Program-made: the position numbers and the translations under genes | In this document: positions 13,776-24,439 of the stretch, one piece after another | How the letters are laid out: each line of letters begins with the position of its first letter | Position numbering within the stretch: position 1 is the first letter of the stretch | Notes under the pieces: model-generated | Told to the model about the DNA's origin: nothing | What the model saw: only the letters and a program-made list of their open reading frames with translations | Database searches by the model: none | Origin: Ginkgo biloba | Taxonomy: Eukaryota; Plantae; Ginkgophyta | Length of the DNA stretch: 34,830 bases | Direction of reading: 5' to 3' | Assembly (NCBI GenBank): GCA_024626585.2 | Contig: JANKJI020000002.1 | Location: forward strand, 69,050,514-69,085,343

Positions 13776-13783
13776 ATGTAATG
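13776..13783 (+). promoter_or_regulatory. Minimal AUG-stop uORF overlapping the main start codon (ATG TAA / ATG)
   Basis: Sequence ATGTAATG: ATG 13776-13778 and TAA 13779-13781, whose last A is the A of the main ATG. Confidence 0.4.
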
Positions 13784-14701
13784 GGAACTCCTACATGGGC
13801 ATTCTCGTTTCTGCTCATTTGGCTCTTCTTGTGTATCAGAGTTTCCGCTAATCGACTACAAGATCTAGATACCCAAGTGCAGAACAATGCTTTTAACGCT
13901 CTGTACCGCAAGAAAACAGGCATAATATACAATGTCACAGTGCCCTCAAATTACTCGGGCATTACTGCTCAGGTGATTCGTCTGAGGGCTGGAAGTCTGA
14001 GGAGGAGGGGAGTTACCTTCAATGAGTTCACATTACCAAAGGGAGTTGTAGTTGAGGGGAATCCCAAAAGTGTTCTACTGGTCTACAAGAATTTTGGAGA
14101 AAATACATCCTATTTCTCAGCTATGCATTATGAATTTGTTGCACCAGTTGTGAGTATTCTGGTTTACAATGCCTCTGTTTCCTCTCATATTATTGCTCAG
14201 CCAGAACTTAAGCTAATGGCCAGAGTTAATCCAATAAGCATTAAAATCCCACTCTACATTTCTGGTGAATTCACCCCTTCTTGTGCATTGCTGAACTCTA
14301 GTGGTGGACTGACCAAAAATTTTCAGTTGGGCTCACAACCAAATGTCTGCCATACAAGCCAACTGGGAGAATTTTCTCTAGTGATCCGCTCAGATGCCCT
14401 TGTTCCTGCACCTAGTCCAGCAAAGAGAGAGAACACCACAGGTGCAGGAAGCAAGGGGAAGAGATCAGATACATGGAAAACTGCTTTAGGAGCAGCACTT
14501 GGTGGGATTGTGGCCATAGTAGCCTTGCTTCTTGTGGGTTCTTGGGCCACAAAGGAAGTGGATAAGGCCAAAATTGCTAAAATGGAAAAGTATGCAGACA
14601 ATGAGGAGACACTGCAAACTTCTTTGATTGGAAATAGCAGAGCACCTACAGCAGGAGGCACAAGAACAAGGCCTGTTCTGGAGAATGAAGATTCTACATA
14701 G
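13781..14701 (+). CDS. DUF1191-family plant single-pass (type I) membrane protein, 306 aa, intronless CDS
   Basis: Uninterrupted ORF. The track start at 13766 is a TTG; the first in-frame ATG is 13781. Hydrophobic signal peptide MGTPTWAFSFLLIWLFLCIRVSA. Motifs recalled for DUF1191: LD..Q..AF, TGIIYNVTVPSNYSGI...IRLRAGSLRRRGV.FNEF.LP.GVVV, LLVYKNFG, APVVSILVYNAS. Cys pair (SCALL...NVC), PAPSP linker, TM ALGAALGGIVAIVALLLVGSW (~14483-14545), tail MEKYADNEETLQTSLIGNSRAPTAGGTRTRPVLENE. Confidence 0.92.
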   Translation: MGTPTWAFSFLLIWLFLCIRVSANRLQDLDTQVQNNAFNALYRKKTGIIYNVTVPSNYSGITAQVIRLRAGSLRRRGVTFNEFTLPKGVVVEGNPKSVLLVYKNFGENTSYFSAMHYEFVAPVVSILVYNASVSSHIIAQPELKLMARVNPISIKIPLYISGEFTPSCALLNSSGGLTKNFQLGSQPNVCHTSQLGEFSLVIRSDALVPAPSPAKRENTTGAGSKGKRSDTWKTALGAALGGIVAIVALLLVGSWATKEVDKAKIAKMEKYADNEETLQTSLIGNSRAPTAGGTRTRPVLENEDST

Positions 14702-16208
14702 CATATACAGGGTTTTAAGCTCCCCCCTCTGTAAAGCGGATATTTTTTTCTAGGCTTGTTTCTGGTATGAGTGGGCAGCACTATATACGCACCTAAAGCT
14801 TCCCATGAACACGGTTAAAGCATTTGGGTGCTCATGTTCCAAGCGTAGACACTGAAGGGATTCTTTTCGCTCTAAGCTCGGATTTCTGGATTGATTAGTG
14901 AGATTCTTTTTCCAAACTTGATTTTCCCAGCTTCCACGAGCAGGGCCTTTCATAAGGTGTGACTAACTAAAGCAGATTCTTTTTGTAATTTTATGCTATG
15001 CTATACTAAGCTATTAAATGAATGCAACGTGCAGAAACTTTTTTATTCTTTTCATCCGTAAGACTTTTTCTTTAAGTGTCTGCTCATGCTTAACTGCTTA
15101 ACTGCTTAAGTGCTTCTCTGACATGTTTGAAAACAATTGCTTCTTTTGTAAAACATGTCTTTATTATGTAAAATCCAGTGAACAGGATAAATGTCCAGCT
15201 TGGTGTTAGAAATTCTTTGATTGGGAAAGGCTTAAATGTTTTCTTTCCCAAGTTCATTCTTGCAAATTCAGGAAAGTAATCAATGACGAGGCATATGCAT
15301 TTTCCCTTTTGTCCATTTGGATCTAACCTGTTCTATTTGGAAATAGATGCAACCAATTCTTTTGAGGCAGGCTAATGTGTCCTCCAAGAACATTGCAAGT
15401 GTTTTCAAGCTAAGAAGTTTGTGTAGCAAACTATTTCAATGAATTATGATGAAAATCAGGCACTCAACTAAAACCTGGATTTCAGTAATCTAAGTGATTA
15501 AGAATCTGATCCCCCTATCTCCAAAATTAATCATGATTAGAGTATTTAGTAAGATCTATTCCCTGGACACAATTTTGAGGGTAAAGGAAAGTCAAAATAG
15601 ACAAAAAATAAATCCAAACAAGATGAATAGTCTAGTAAATCATCATCCTTCAAAGAAGAGAAGGAAGAGAAACCATTCTCAAAATATTTGAAGAAAATAA
15701 TCCACTTTAAACAAACCATTTATGGGTCCAAGGTTCCTTATAACCCTAAATTTCAACCATCAACATCTAAAAACTTTGAATTAAAACCAAAAGGTATAGA
15801 TGAAAAGATTATCAACATGATTAACACTCTCTCTAATCATCTGTCTAAAATCCTAGTAACTATAAGGGATAAGGCTCAAAGGGAAGCTTCATAGAAACCA
15901 CAATAACCTCCTTTATCTTCTATAAATTCTAATGCATAAATACCTTTTGAATCTAATCCAAACATAAATAAACCTTTTTTAGGAAGACTCATATGAGTTG
16001 TTTTTCATAGACCCATTCCATACAATACTATAAGGAAANNNNNNNNNNNNNNNNNNNNNNNNNNNNNNNNNNNNNNNNNNNNNNNNNNNNNNNNNNNNNN
16101 NNNNNNNNNNNNNNNNNNNNNNNNNNNNNNNNNNNNNNTTTGGATATATGCCCCCCCAACATGTTGCCTACCCCACAAAGGGGACTTGACCCGCACAAGA
16201 GACTTATG

Positions 16209-16413
16209 GCTTATGTGTTTTTTTTTTGTTGGAAATATGTATCAATATCATTAACTAAAATTCAAAAGGAGAATACAATACATCTATGAAGGATATTCAA
16301 AATATATACACCACATACATAACGACCGCCTTCTCATGAATGCATGTCTCAAAGTCCATGCACTTGAAGTTGACCTGTTACGTANNNNNNNNNNCACATG
16401 CTTATGTGTTTTT
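16209..16413 (-). mobile_element. Short 5'-truncated retroposed insertion with 14-bp TSD and poly(A) tail
   Basis: GCTTATGTGTTTTT occurs at 16209-16222 and 16400-16413, flanking ~177 bp. The T run at the left end is a poly(A) on the minus strand (...atatttccaac-An). Confidence 0.65.
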
Positions 16414-16594
16414 ATGCTACCTCACCCACACTAAAGACTTTTGGCTTTGCACATACTTGCACAACCATAACCACAAAGGGGATTCTACATTTTATGTGCT
16501 CATAATTAACACTATCAAGGGTAATTCATTTTGAGTGTGCTCTTAACATCATACCCAAAGGTCAACCTAAGGTTCGATATAGAGTACCTATGTC

Positions 16595-16660
16595 ATTCTA
16601 GGTCCTGAACTCTAGCATCAAGCCTTATAATCATGTAATCTCAACCTACTAAGCTAATCT
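16595..16660 (-). other. tRNA-derived SINE-like or tRNA pseudogene remnant (Pol III A/B box-like)
   Basis: Minus strand TAGCTTAGTAGG (A-box-like, 16645-16656) and GAGTTCAGGACC (B-box-like, 16601-16612) at tRNA-like spacing. No proper cloverleaf pairing. Confidence 0.3.
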
Positions 16661-19600
16661 TTAACAATTTTCATAATGACAAACATACAATCATATTATT
16701 GTACTATTGAATTCCGATTAGTGACCATATTACTTACATCACAAGGGCCTACTTGGCATGAACAAAACTAAAACAACATATATATATGAGTTTCAACAAC
16801 AATATTTAACTCTAAAATGCTATAAATCATGTTTGTAGGCCCATCCAATTGGGTTCTTTTGACTTCTATGTAGGATTTTTAAATCTTGATGAACTCTTAG
16901 AAATGATCAAATTTGTAGGTTGCAAGTGTTTCTTCTAGGTTAAATTTTGAAACAAGTAGAAATAGTAGGAAGCACCTTGAACTAGCTCCTTAAAGCCCAA
17001 CAAACTCTTTCAACTATTCCAAGATGTAAGGCAAAGATGAAAATGGGAGAACAAACCCCTTAAAATGGTCAAAAGTTGGAGGGTGAACTCTAAGAAGTGA
17101 AATGGAAAATAAAAATAGTGTCCCAACAAACACTTCTATGGGGTCAATGATGTGGTCTTAGGTGGATATGCCAAAAAGTAACTAGAAGAGTTGTAGGAAA
17201 GATGATATCCTTGAAACCATAATCTTGAAGAGGAAGCTCAAATAGATTTGTGTAGATAATAAACTAGAGCCTATTTGTGTTCTGTGAAAGTTGTAGAGAC
17301 CTAAAATACTAGAAATATGCAATTTGGGATGAATTTCATCAAGTGTGGAGTGCAGGGGCAAGGAGGGAATGAGTTTGCTATTTTGCAACTAATTCGTTTG
17401 ACTGCTCCGATTAGAATGAAATTTAATTCAAAGGCATACCTTCTTGTCTATATGCTTGTTCAATACTTTTTTTTGTCAAGATTTAATGTAACTTTGCACA
17501 AATCTATAAACTTTCAATTTGTGAAATTATTTGTAGTTGGGCAACAGATGGTCGAGGAAGTTGATTTTATCAATTTGATTGGGGAAGAACTTGTAAACAT
17601 TTTTGAGTAACTATACTTGTAATAGTAAGCCTCCCATAACATTAGCCTTTAATGATAACCAATCCTTTCCACANNNNNNNNNNNNNNNNNNNNNNNNNNN
17701 NNNNNNNNNNNNNNNNNNNNNNNNNNNNNNNNNNNNNNNNNNNNNNNNNNNNNNNNNNNNNNNNNNNNNNNNNNNNNNNNNNNNNNNNNNNNNNNNNNNN
17801 NNNNNNNNNNNNNNNNNNNNNNNNNNNNNNNNNNNNNNNNNNNNNNNNNNNNNNNNNNNNNNNNNNNNNNNNNNNNNNNNNNNNNNNNNNNNNNNNNNNN
17901 NNNNNNNNNNNNNNNNNNNNNNNNNNNNNNNNNNNNNNNNNNNNNNNNNNNNNNNNNNNNNNNNNNNNNNNNNNNNNNNNNNNNNNNNNNNNNNNNNNNN
18001 NNNNNNNNNNNNNNNNNNNNNNNNNNNNNNNNNNNNNNNNNNNNNNNNNNNNNNNNNNNNNNNNNNNNNNNNNNNNNNNNNNNNNNNNNNNNNNNNNNNN
18101 NNNNNNNNNNNNNNNNNNNNNNNNNNNNNNNNNNNNNNNNNNNNNNNNNNNNNNNNNNNNNNNNNNNNNNNNNNNNNNNNNNNNNNNNNNNNNNNNNNNN
18201 NNNNNNNNNNNNNNNNNNNNNNNNNNNNNNNNNNNNNNNNNNNNNNNNNNNNNNNNNNNNNNNNNNNNNNNNNNNNNNNNNNNNNNNNNNNNNNNNNNNN
18301 NNNNNNNNNNNNNNNNNNNNNNNNNNNNNNNNNNNNNNNNNNNNNNNNNNNNNNNNNNNNNNNNNNNNNNNNNNNNNNNNNNNNNNNNNNNNNNNNNNNN
18401 NNNNNNNNNNNNNNNNNNNNNNNNNNNNNNNNNNNNNNNNNNNNNNNNNNNNNNNNNNNNNNNNNNNNNNNNNNNNNNNNNNNNNNNNNNNNNNNNNNNN
18501 NNNNNNNNNNNNNNNNNNNNNNNNNNNNNGATATCTTACTAGTGGTTTCATTCACTTTTGAAATTCTTAAGACAAGCAAAAAGGTGTTTCTCAGAGGCTC
18601 TTGGACATTTAGGAGAATTTTGCCATAATGACTTGTTGGAATACTAGTTTTTCAGCTGAAACAACAATATCTTACAACAACCCATTGCAAATTTTTGAGC
18701 TTTAATGTTGAACCCATGGGTGCATTTTTGTGCCATGAAATTTTTAACTGAAGACCCAATAGAAGGGTCTGTGTGGAAGTAGAACTCTCTAAAGTGTTAA
18801 AAAGTGAAATTTGTATCCAATACAAAGAGTGGACTTCAATGCACCCAATTCTATACCTGAACATCCCTATCACTTGCTTTAGGTGTCAAAGCGCAAATCA
18901 TAAAATTAAGGATTGTCCTTGAGGAATAAGGTATTTGCGTCCCCATCTCGACAAGCTATTAAGGTGGACAGTATAGTAAATGAGCAAGTTGAGAATATTC
19001 CCAATTAACATCAACCTTCTTTTGAGGATGTAGGTTGGAAAAGAGTGAAATCCAAGTCTAGGAATCTTGCTAGTTCAATTAAGCTAGCTAATGCTCTAAA
19101 GAACAATGGGGTTGCACAAAAAGGCAATGCGGCTCTTGTAATAAGCAATCACTAATACAAGGACAATGCCAAGATTTTTAGACAAAATTCAAGAAGGGTG
19201 ATGACCAACTTTAAGTAAGTAAATCCTCAAAATCTAGGGCAAGGTCTACATTGCCTCTATTGCAAACTACTACTCCTTTTGTTTAGTTAGGTTTTACCAA
19301 AAGGAGGTAAGCAACCAACCACTCTAGATTTCTTTGCTTACAATGCTAAAGACTCAAAAGCAATATCTTGTTTAAAAAAAATGGTTCAATGCCTTGTTAG
19401 GTGACGAGGAAGATTATGATAACGACAACATGGTCCTCAAAGAAAAACAATTTGAGTTATGAGAGTGTTTAAGTTAGAATGTGAGAGCCATATTAGACCC
19501 TTGTTGCAAAAGCCCTATCGAGAAGTTAAAATATGACATTTAGAATCTAGGTGTTCTTTGTCTCTAAGACATCAAGGTAGTGGGTTTCAAGTTGAAAACA

Positions 19601-19799
19601 ACTCTTCGTGCTATTTGGCCAAGTGCTTGCAACTTTTCCTCTAAACATTAGGCAGGGAAGGGAGGTGTGTCCCTTCTCATTTTCTTGCTCTTTAGAAAAT
19701 ATAACCATTAAGTGGGGTCTTGACCCCACAAGTACACTATCTGGGGTCTTTCTTAAGGTTGGCAACAAAGCAGTAGGGATTGTGGATGCTTATGCCCCC

Positions 19800-19880
19800 A
19801 ATATAGATGGTTTTTGTTTTTTTTTGTTGTTGAAATAGGTCTTTTATAATACAAAAAATACAAAGTATATAGTAATATAG
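19800..19880 (-). mobile_element. ~67-bp retroposed micro-insertion with 7-bp TSD inside the LINE endonuclease
   Basis: AATATAG at 19800-19806 and 19874-19880, with a T-rich tail at the left end. Deleting 74 bp restores the APE frame: YAPNIVIDRSK*R*LLGKHLPLISWIMCANLNMVE. Confidence 0.6.
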
Positions 19881-20638
19881 TCATTGATAGATCCAAGTAA
19901 CGGTAATTGCTAGGAAAGCATTTGCCTTTGATCTCTTGGATAATGTGTGCAAACTTGAACATGGTTGAAGATAGAGGACAAATTAGGTGCCCTGCCTCTA
20001 AAATGGCTCTTGGATGAAAAGGAGTAGTAATTGGGACTTAAAGTGAAATGAAGGTTGTTTGATCCAAACCAATATAGAAGATACAAGTCCCATTAACCTA
20101 GTTTACTTGGTCAAACTTTAGGCACGTGCATGAATCATACAGAGACTATATAGGGTCATCGTGACAAGTGCAAACTCTTTAGTCTAGAACGAGCAAGGGA
20201 GGCTTGTCCAAGTCATTAGTTATGCCATTTTGTCAGATCTTAGTCCCATTTTCTTCTAGATAACTTAGGGGAAGATATAGTCCCTAGGAGAGGATCTGCA
20301 TTCAAAATGATTATTTCTCATCTTTAATTTTTCTCTTGCTTGGAAGGCATCAATCTAATCTTCCACTTGCTTCCTCAAGCTATAGGAGAAACAATTTGGA
20401 TAGAATGGTGGAACCAAGCCATTACTAGAACAACCTCCTTCTTAAGAGGGTATGCCAAGGAAATAACCTAAAGAAGTGGCCATATCAAGTCCAAACTTGA
20501 GGCCTTTCCTTTTGATAAACTCCTNNNNNNNNNNNNNNNNNNNNNNNNNNNNNNNNNNNNNNNNNNNNNNNNNNNNNNNNNNNNNNNNNNNNNNNNNNNN
20601 NNNNNNNNNNNNNNNNNNNNNNNNATTGCATCAGGGAC

Positions 20639-20788
20639 ATGAAAAGTACAATAGTATTGTTCTTTCAAAGCCTAAGTTCTCTGCAATGTTCACACATACT
20701 AATAAAGGGACATATGAAAAGTACAATAGTATTGTTCTTTCAGAGCCTAAGTTCTCTGCAATGTTCACACATACTAATAAAGGGACAT
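20639..20788. repeat. 75-bp tandem duplication (2 copies, one visible mismatch)
   Basis: ATGAAAAGTACAATAGT...AAAGGGACAT starts at 20639 and 20714; the copies differ at CAAAG/CAGAG. Lies in an island between two N gaps within the LINE. Confidence 0.9.
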
Positions 20789-23120
20789 AGTAAAGGCTTT
20801 ATATATGGACACACATTGAGACCAAAATTGTGCATAGGCNNNNNNNNNNNNNNNNNNNNNNNNNNNNNNNNNNNNNNNNNNNNNNNNNNNNNNNNNNNNN
20901 NNNNNNNNNNNNNNNNNNNNNAATACTTATCAAAACTTTGGTGTCTAGTATGAATGGAATTTGAACGAAAGGATCTAGAGTACTTCAAGATGCTCTGGCA
21001 TTGGTAATGAATCCTTTGAGACAGATTTCTCTAAAAGATGTTGTTATTTGCCAATGTGGTTGTCTTCGCTAGTTTTGATTTTGGGAGTATCTAAGTTGTC
21101 ACAAACATATCAACAAAATATTTTTACAAGCCAACCCTCTATGATAGCTTAATCCTTTTGTTGCCACTATGATCGAATTTTCAAACACCAAGGGTAATTG
21201 GAAATTCACATTGTTGCTCTTCAAGCCTATAAGAGAGTGGTGCCCCTAAAGGTGAAACCAAAGCAAGCTAGGTTTTGTGATCCCCCTTGAAGTGTCAGGA
21301 TTTGAAACATGCTTAAATGCAATAAAAAAATGAAAAGGATTTTGTTTTGGGATGGCCGGCCTTGTGAGTATTACAAGGTCATAACAAATTACACTAGTCT
21401 TGCTCTCCTTAATCTTTATTGAGAGGCTTCAAGTGAAGAGTCCTTAGGTGAAACTATCTATCAAGGTAATATAATGCTTATTTCCAAAGCTAGAGACCCT
21501 AAGCTAATGGCCAATTAGAGATCAATATCATTGCTAAATGTCACGTAGAAGATCCTAGCTAGAGCCATAACCAAAAGGATCAAGTATCTTCTTACCAATG
21601 TGGTCAGGTCTGAGTAGACTAAATTCAACAATGGGAGTTAGATTCTTGACAATTTGTTAGGAGTTTAGGAAGGAATGGAGTGGGACAAAAAATTTGCTGA
21701 GGATATTTTTTTTCCTTAAAATTGATGTTGAAAAAGCATATGATAGGGAAGAGTAGGGTTCCATTATCATGACATCATTAGCCTTNNNNNNNNNNATAAT
21801 TCTTCCTATATTTCTTGAAAATGGTGAAAACCCTTTTTGTTGGTGCCTCTTCTTATGTCATAAAATACTAGCATTAAGTCTACCCCGACTAATCTATTTA
21901 AAGCCATTCAACAAAAGTGTCCATGTCCCACAACCCTCTACGCGCTTGTTGTGGATGCTCTGGGGTGTTTAATTGAAAAACAAGTTATAATGGGAAATAT
22001 TTATGGCATCTTCCTACCTCCCACTAGAGCCTAATAGATTGTTAATGGGCACTTTGTCAACTATTTCTTCTTGACCATTCACATTGGGGAGATTGATGTA
22101 AAACGACATTATACCTTATACTCAAATCTTCTATGCTGCCTATGCCTCAAGTATTCAATGGGAAATTAAAGACACTTTCCTACCTCTAGAATGCAAAGGA
22201 TATTTCAGATTGGGCCAAAGCTTATGATTGGGAATGGGTTAAAACAAAAGAACAATTTAAGTTTGTATGGATCCCTATTGGCTTCTAAGCCTCTTTTGTC
22301 TACATGGGGCGATATGTGATTAAGAGAGTTGAAAAGAAGTTGGCTTATTAGGCCACTAGGTCAATAAGTTTGCCTCCCATATGCCAAATTGCCACCAAGT
22401 TATCGATCGCCACTCATATTAACCGTTATGTTTGTTGGGCCCCCTCTAAAGTTGCTTATGATAGTGAACCATAGTTAAACAAATCCTTATTATGGGCTTC
22501 ATTTGAAAGAAAAAAAACTTAGAATTAAGTGGGGAATTTGTTGCTTGCCCAAAGAAAAGGGTGGCCTTGGGATTATTGACCTTCATATGCTAAGTAGAGC
22601 CCTATGCTCCAAGTGGATTATGAGAGCCCTTAATGGTAATGAGTCTTGGAAAGTGCTAAGTAGAATCAACATTATAAATGGAAAACTACTTGGAAAGAAC
22701 CCTCAGAAGGGTCCTGCCTTACAAACTTTGATTCCATCCCCTACAAAGGTTAAAGTCTTTAGATCTCAAGTTTTCAAAATATGGCAAACTTGGGAGCATT
22801 GCAATATTCTTCTAACTTAGAGGGAGGTTGAGCCAAAAAGAGGTGTTATAGCTAATCAATGCATTTGGTTTCCCCTTTGATCCAATAATGAGGATAGCAT
22901 GGGCCAACAACTGAGAGAGACAAAACTAGAGTCCAATAGTATAAATTGATGAAGGAGGACACCTAGGCTTCAAAAACGGAGTAGAGACCTCCGTTATTAA
23001 CAAATCTTCAACCTAGCTTCACTCTCCAAATCACTGCTACAATCAACTTCTCACCCACAAAACTGAGATAGTTAAATTTGATTCCAATAAAACCAGAAAC
23101 TGAGAACAAGAGAAAAATCG

Positions 23121-23199
23121 AACAATAAAATTTGATAAAGGAAGTTGATCAACAATGAAAACTGATAAAGGACTTCCAACAATAAATGTTGATAAAGGA
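23121..23199. repeat. Degenerate 27-30-bp tandem repeat x3
   Basis: AACAATAAAATTTGATAAAGGA (23121), AACAATGAAAACTGATAAAGGA (23151), AACAATAAATGTTGATAAAGGA (23178). Confidence 0.6.
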
Positions 23200-24439
23200 G
23201 GCCATTCAATAGTTAGTTCTCAAACATGCACTGTTAATAGGTCTTGAAAATGAGAATTAAGAGCAAACAAAGAAAGTTTCTTTGGAGCTTCCGGTCATAT
23301 GCAACCTCTGTGTGACCTTGGGTTTGCCAGATAANNNNNNNNNNNNNNNNNNNNNNNNNNNNNNNNNNNNNNNNNNNNNNNNNNNNNNNNNNNNNNNNNN
23401 NNNNNNNNNNNNNNNNNNNNNNNNNNNNNNNNNNAATGATATAGTTGGGAATTCAGGTCAATGTTGATTGCAAAATGATTGTCCACCTTACCAAGATTAT
23501 ATAATGGTTTAGTTAAGCATGCAATGTTACCTCAATCTTTTATATTTAATGGAGCTAGTTGAATTTGGGTTAGGAGTTAGGGGGGCAAGGATGACTCTCC
23601 AAATTGATGACAAAAAATGTGATAAGTTTAAATAATATGCTTATTAATCTAATCTAGTGGTAATGAAAAGGGTGGTGGCCATTATGCAACTCTCTTTATT
23701 AANNNNNNNNNNNNNNNNNNNNNNNNNNNNNNNNNNNNNNNNNTAGTAAGATAATATTGGCATGTGAGAACAAAATGTGGTGTGTTGCATTGCTTTGTTT
23801 GCATTGGAGGTGGGAATATGGTAGGAAGGAAATTATGGATGTTTGTAGCGATTCTTCAAAGGACGGTGATCATAGCAATTCTAGTTCTAAGGTCAAAGAA
23901 ATTATCCACTTATCATCAAATTCATGGAGCAAATTTCTTGAGGCAACAATGGACATTGATGAGGAGTCAATCGAATTCTTTCTTGGTGGGTCACTTTCGA
24001 AAAAATCCTCAATTGGTCTTACTACTTTACCACCCTAGACACTATCATTGCCATGACATGGCCTCAATGAAATCCAAAGACAAAGTGTCTTCAACTCAGT
24101 ATAGAGATTTTGCTTCGTTTCAATATGCTTTGTCTTTCTGTTTGTTAGGATGTTCTTATAGTAACTTCATAATTAGAGTGATAGCCGATTCTTGATGGAC
24201 CTAACAATAGATCAATGTTAATTTTGTTCTCTAGAATATAATAAAATTAGCATGTGAGATATCCCATGGATACCATTTTGTAGTTTTTATGTATTACCAT
24301 GTACAAAAGTAGAGATGCAAGGCATTGCAAGATGCCTTTTTGCAATAGTGACATACTTTATAATTCTATATATAAATTAAAAAAAAATAAAATACAATAA
24401 AAGTGGAGCTAGTTGAAAACCTTTTAGTTTCTTGTATGT

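Larger units (their letters stand above)
18530..22880 (+). mobile_element. Dead L1-clade LINE: ORF1 C-terminus + ORF2 (APE, RT)
   Basis: ORF1: KVFLRGSWTF (GPW-like), RRVCVEVELSKVL and zinc knuckle CFRCQSANHKIKDC (18875-18916). APE ~19540-20250: VLCL*DIK, GKGGVSLLI, DAYAPN, WIMCANLNMVE, FTWSNF, SDLSPI. RT ~21350-22290: DGRPCEYYK, LISKARDPKLMAN*RSISLLNVT*KILARAITKRIK, KIDVEKAYDR (~21718), GHFVN (decayed FADD). Post-RT motif IKWGICCLPKEKGGLGIIDL...ALCSKW in ORF 22503-22820. Many stops and frameshifts. Confidence 0.93.

Noticed and set aside
14323-14781. 152-aa antisense ORF and other short ORFs overlapping the DUF1191 gene
   Set aside because: Shadow frames of a real CDS with no recognisable motifs.
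15494-17670. Short ORFs at 15494-15894 and 17182-17610 with vague gag-like composition
   Set aside because: No diagnostic motif. Probably TE debris, but unassignable.
2974-18628. Long (~290-360 aa) ORFs at 2974-4017, 7461-8393, 9416-10507 and 17603-18628, plus shorter X-rich ORFs elsewhere
   Set aside because: Artefacts of N runs lacking stop codons.
20639-20788. Repeat block as a CRISPR array or repeat-protein gene
   Set aside because: No unique spacers, no cas genes, eukaryotic context. The ORF repeats only because the unit length is a multiple of 3.
23757-24195. Overlapping 93-aa and 143-aa ORFs
   Set aside because: Non-ATG starts, no recognisable domain, located between TE fragments.
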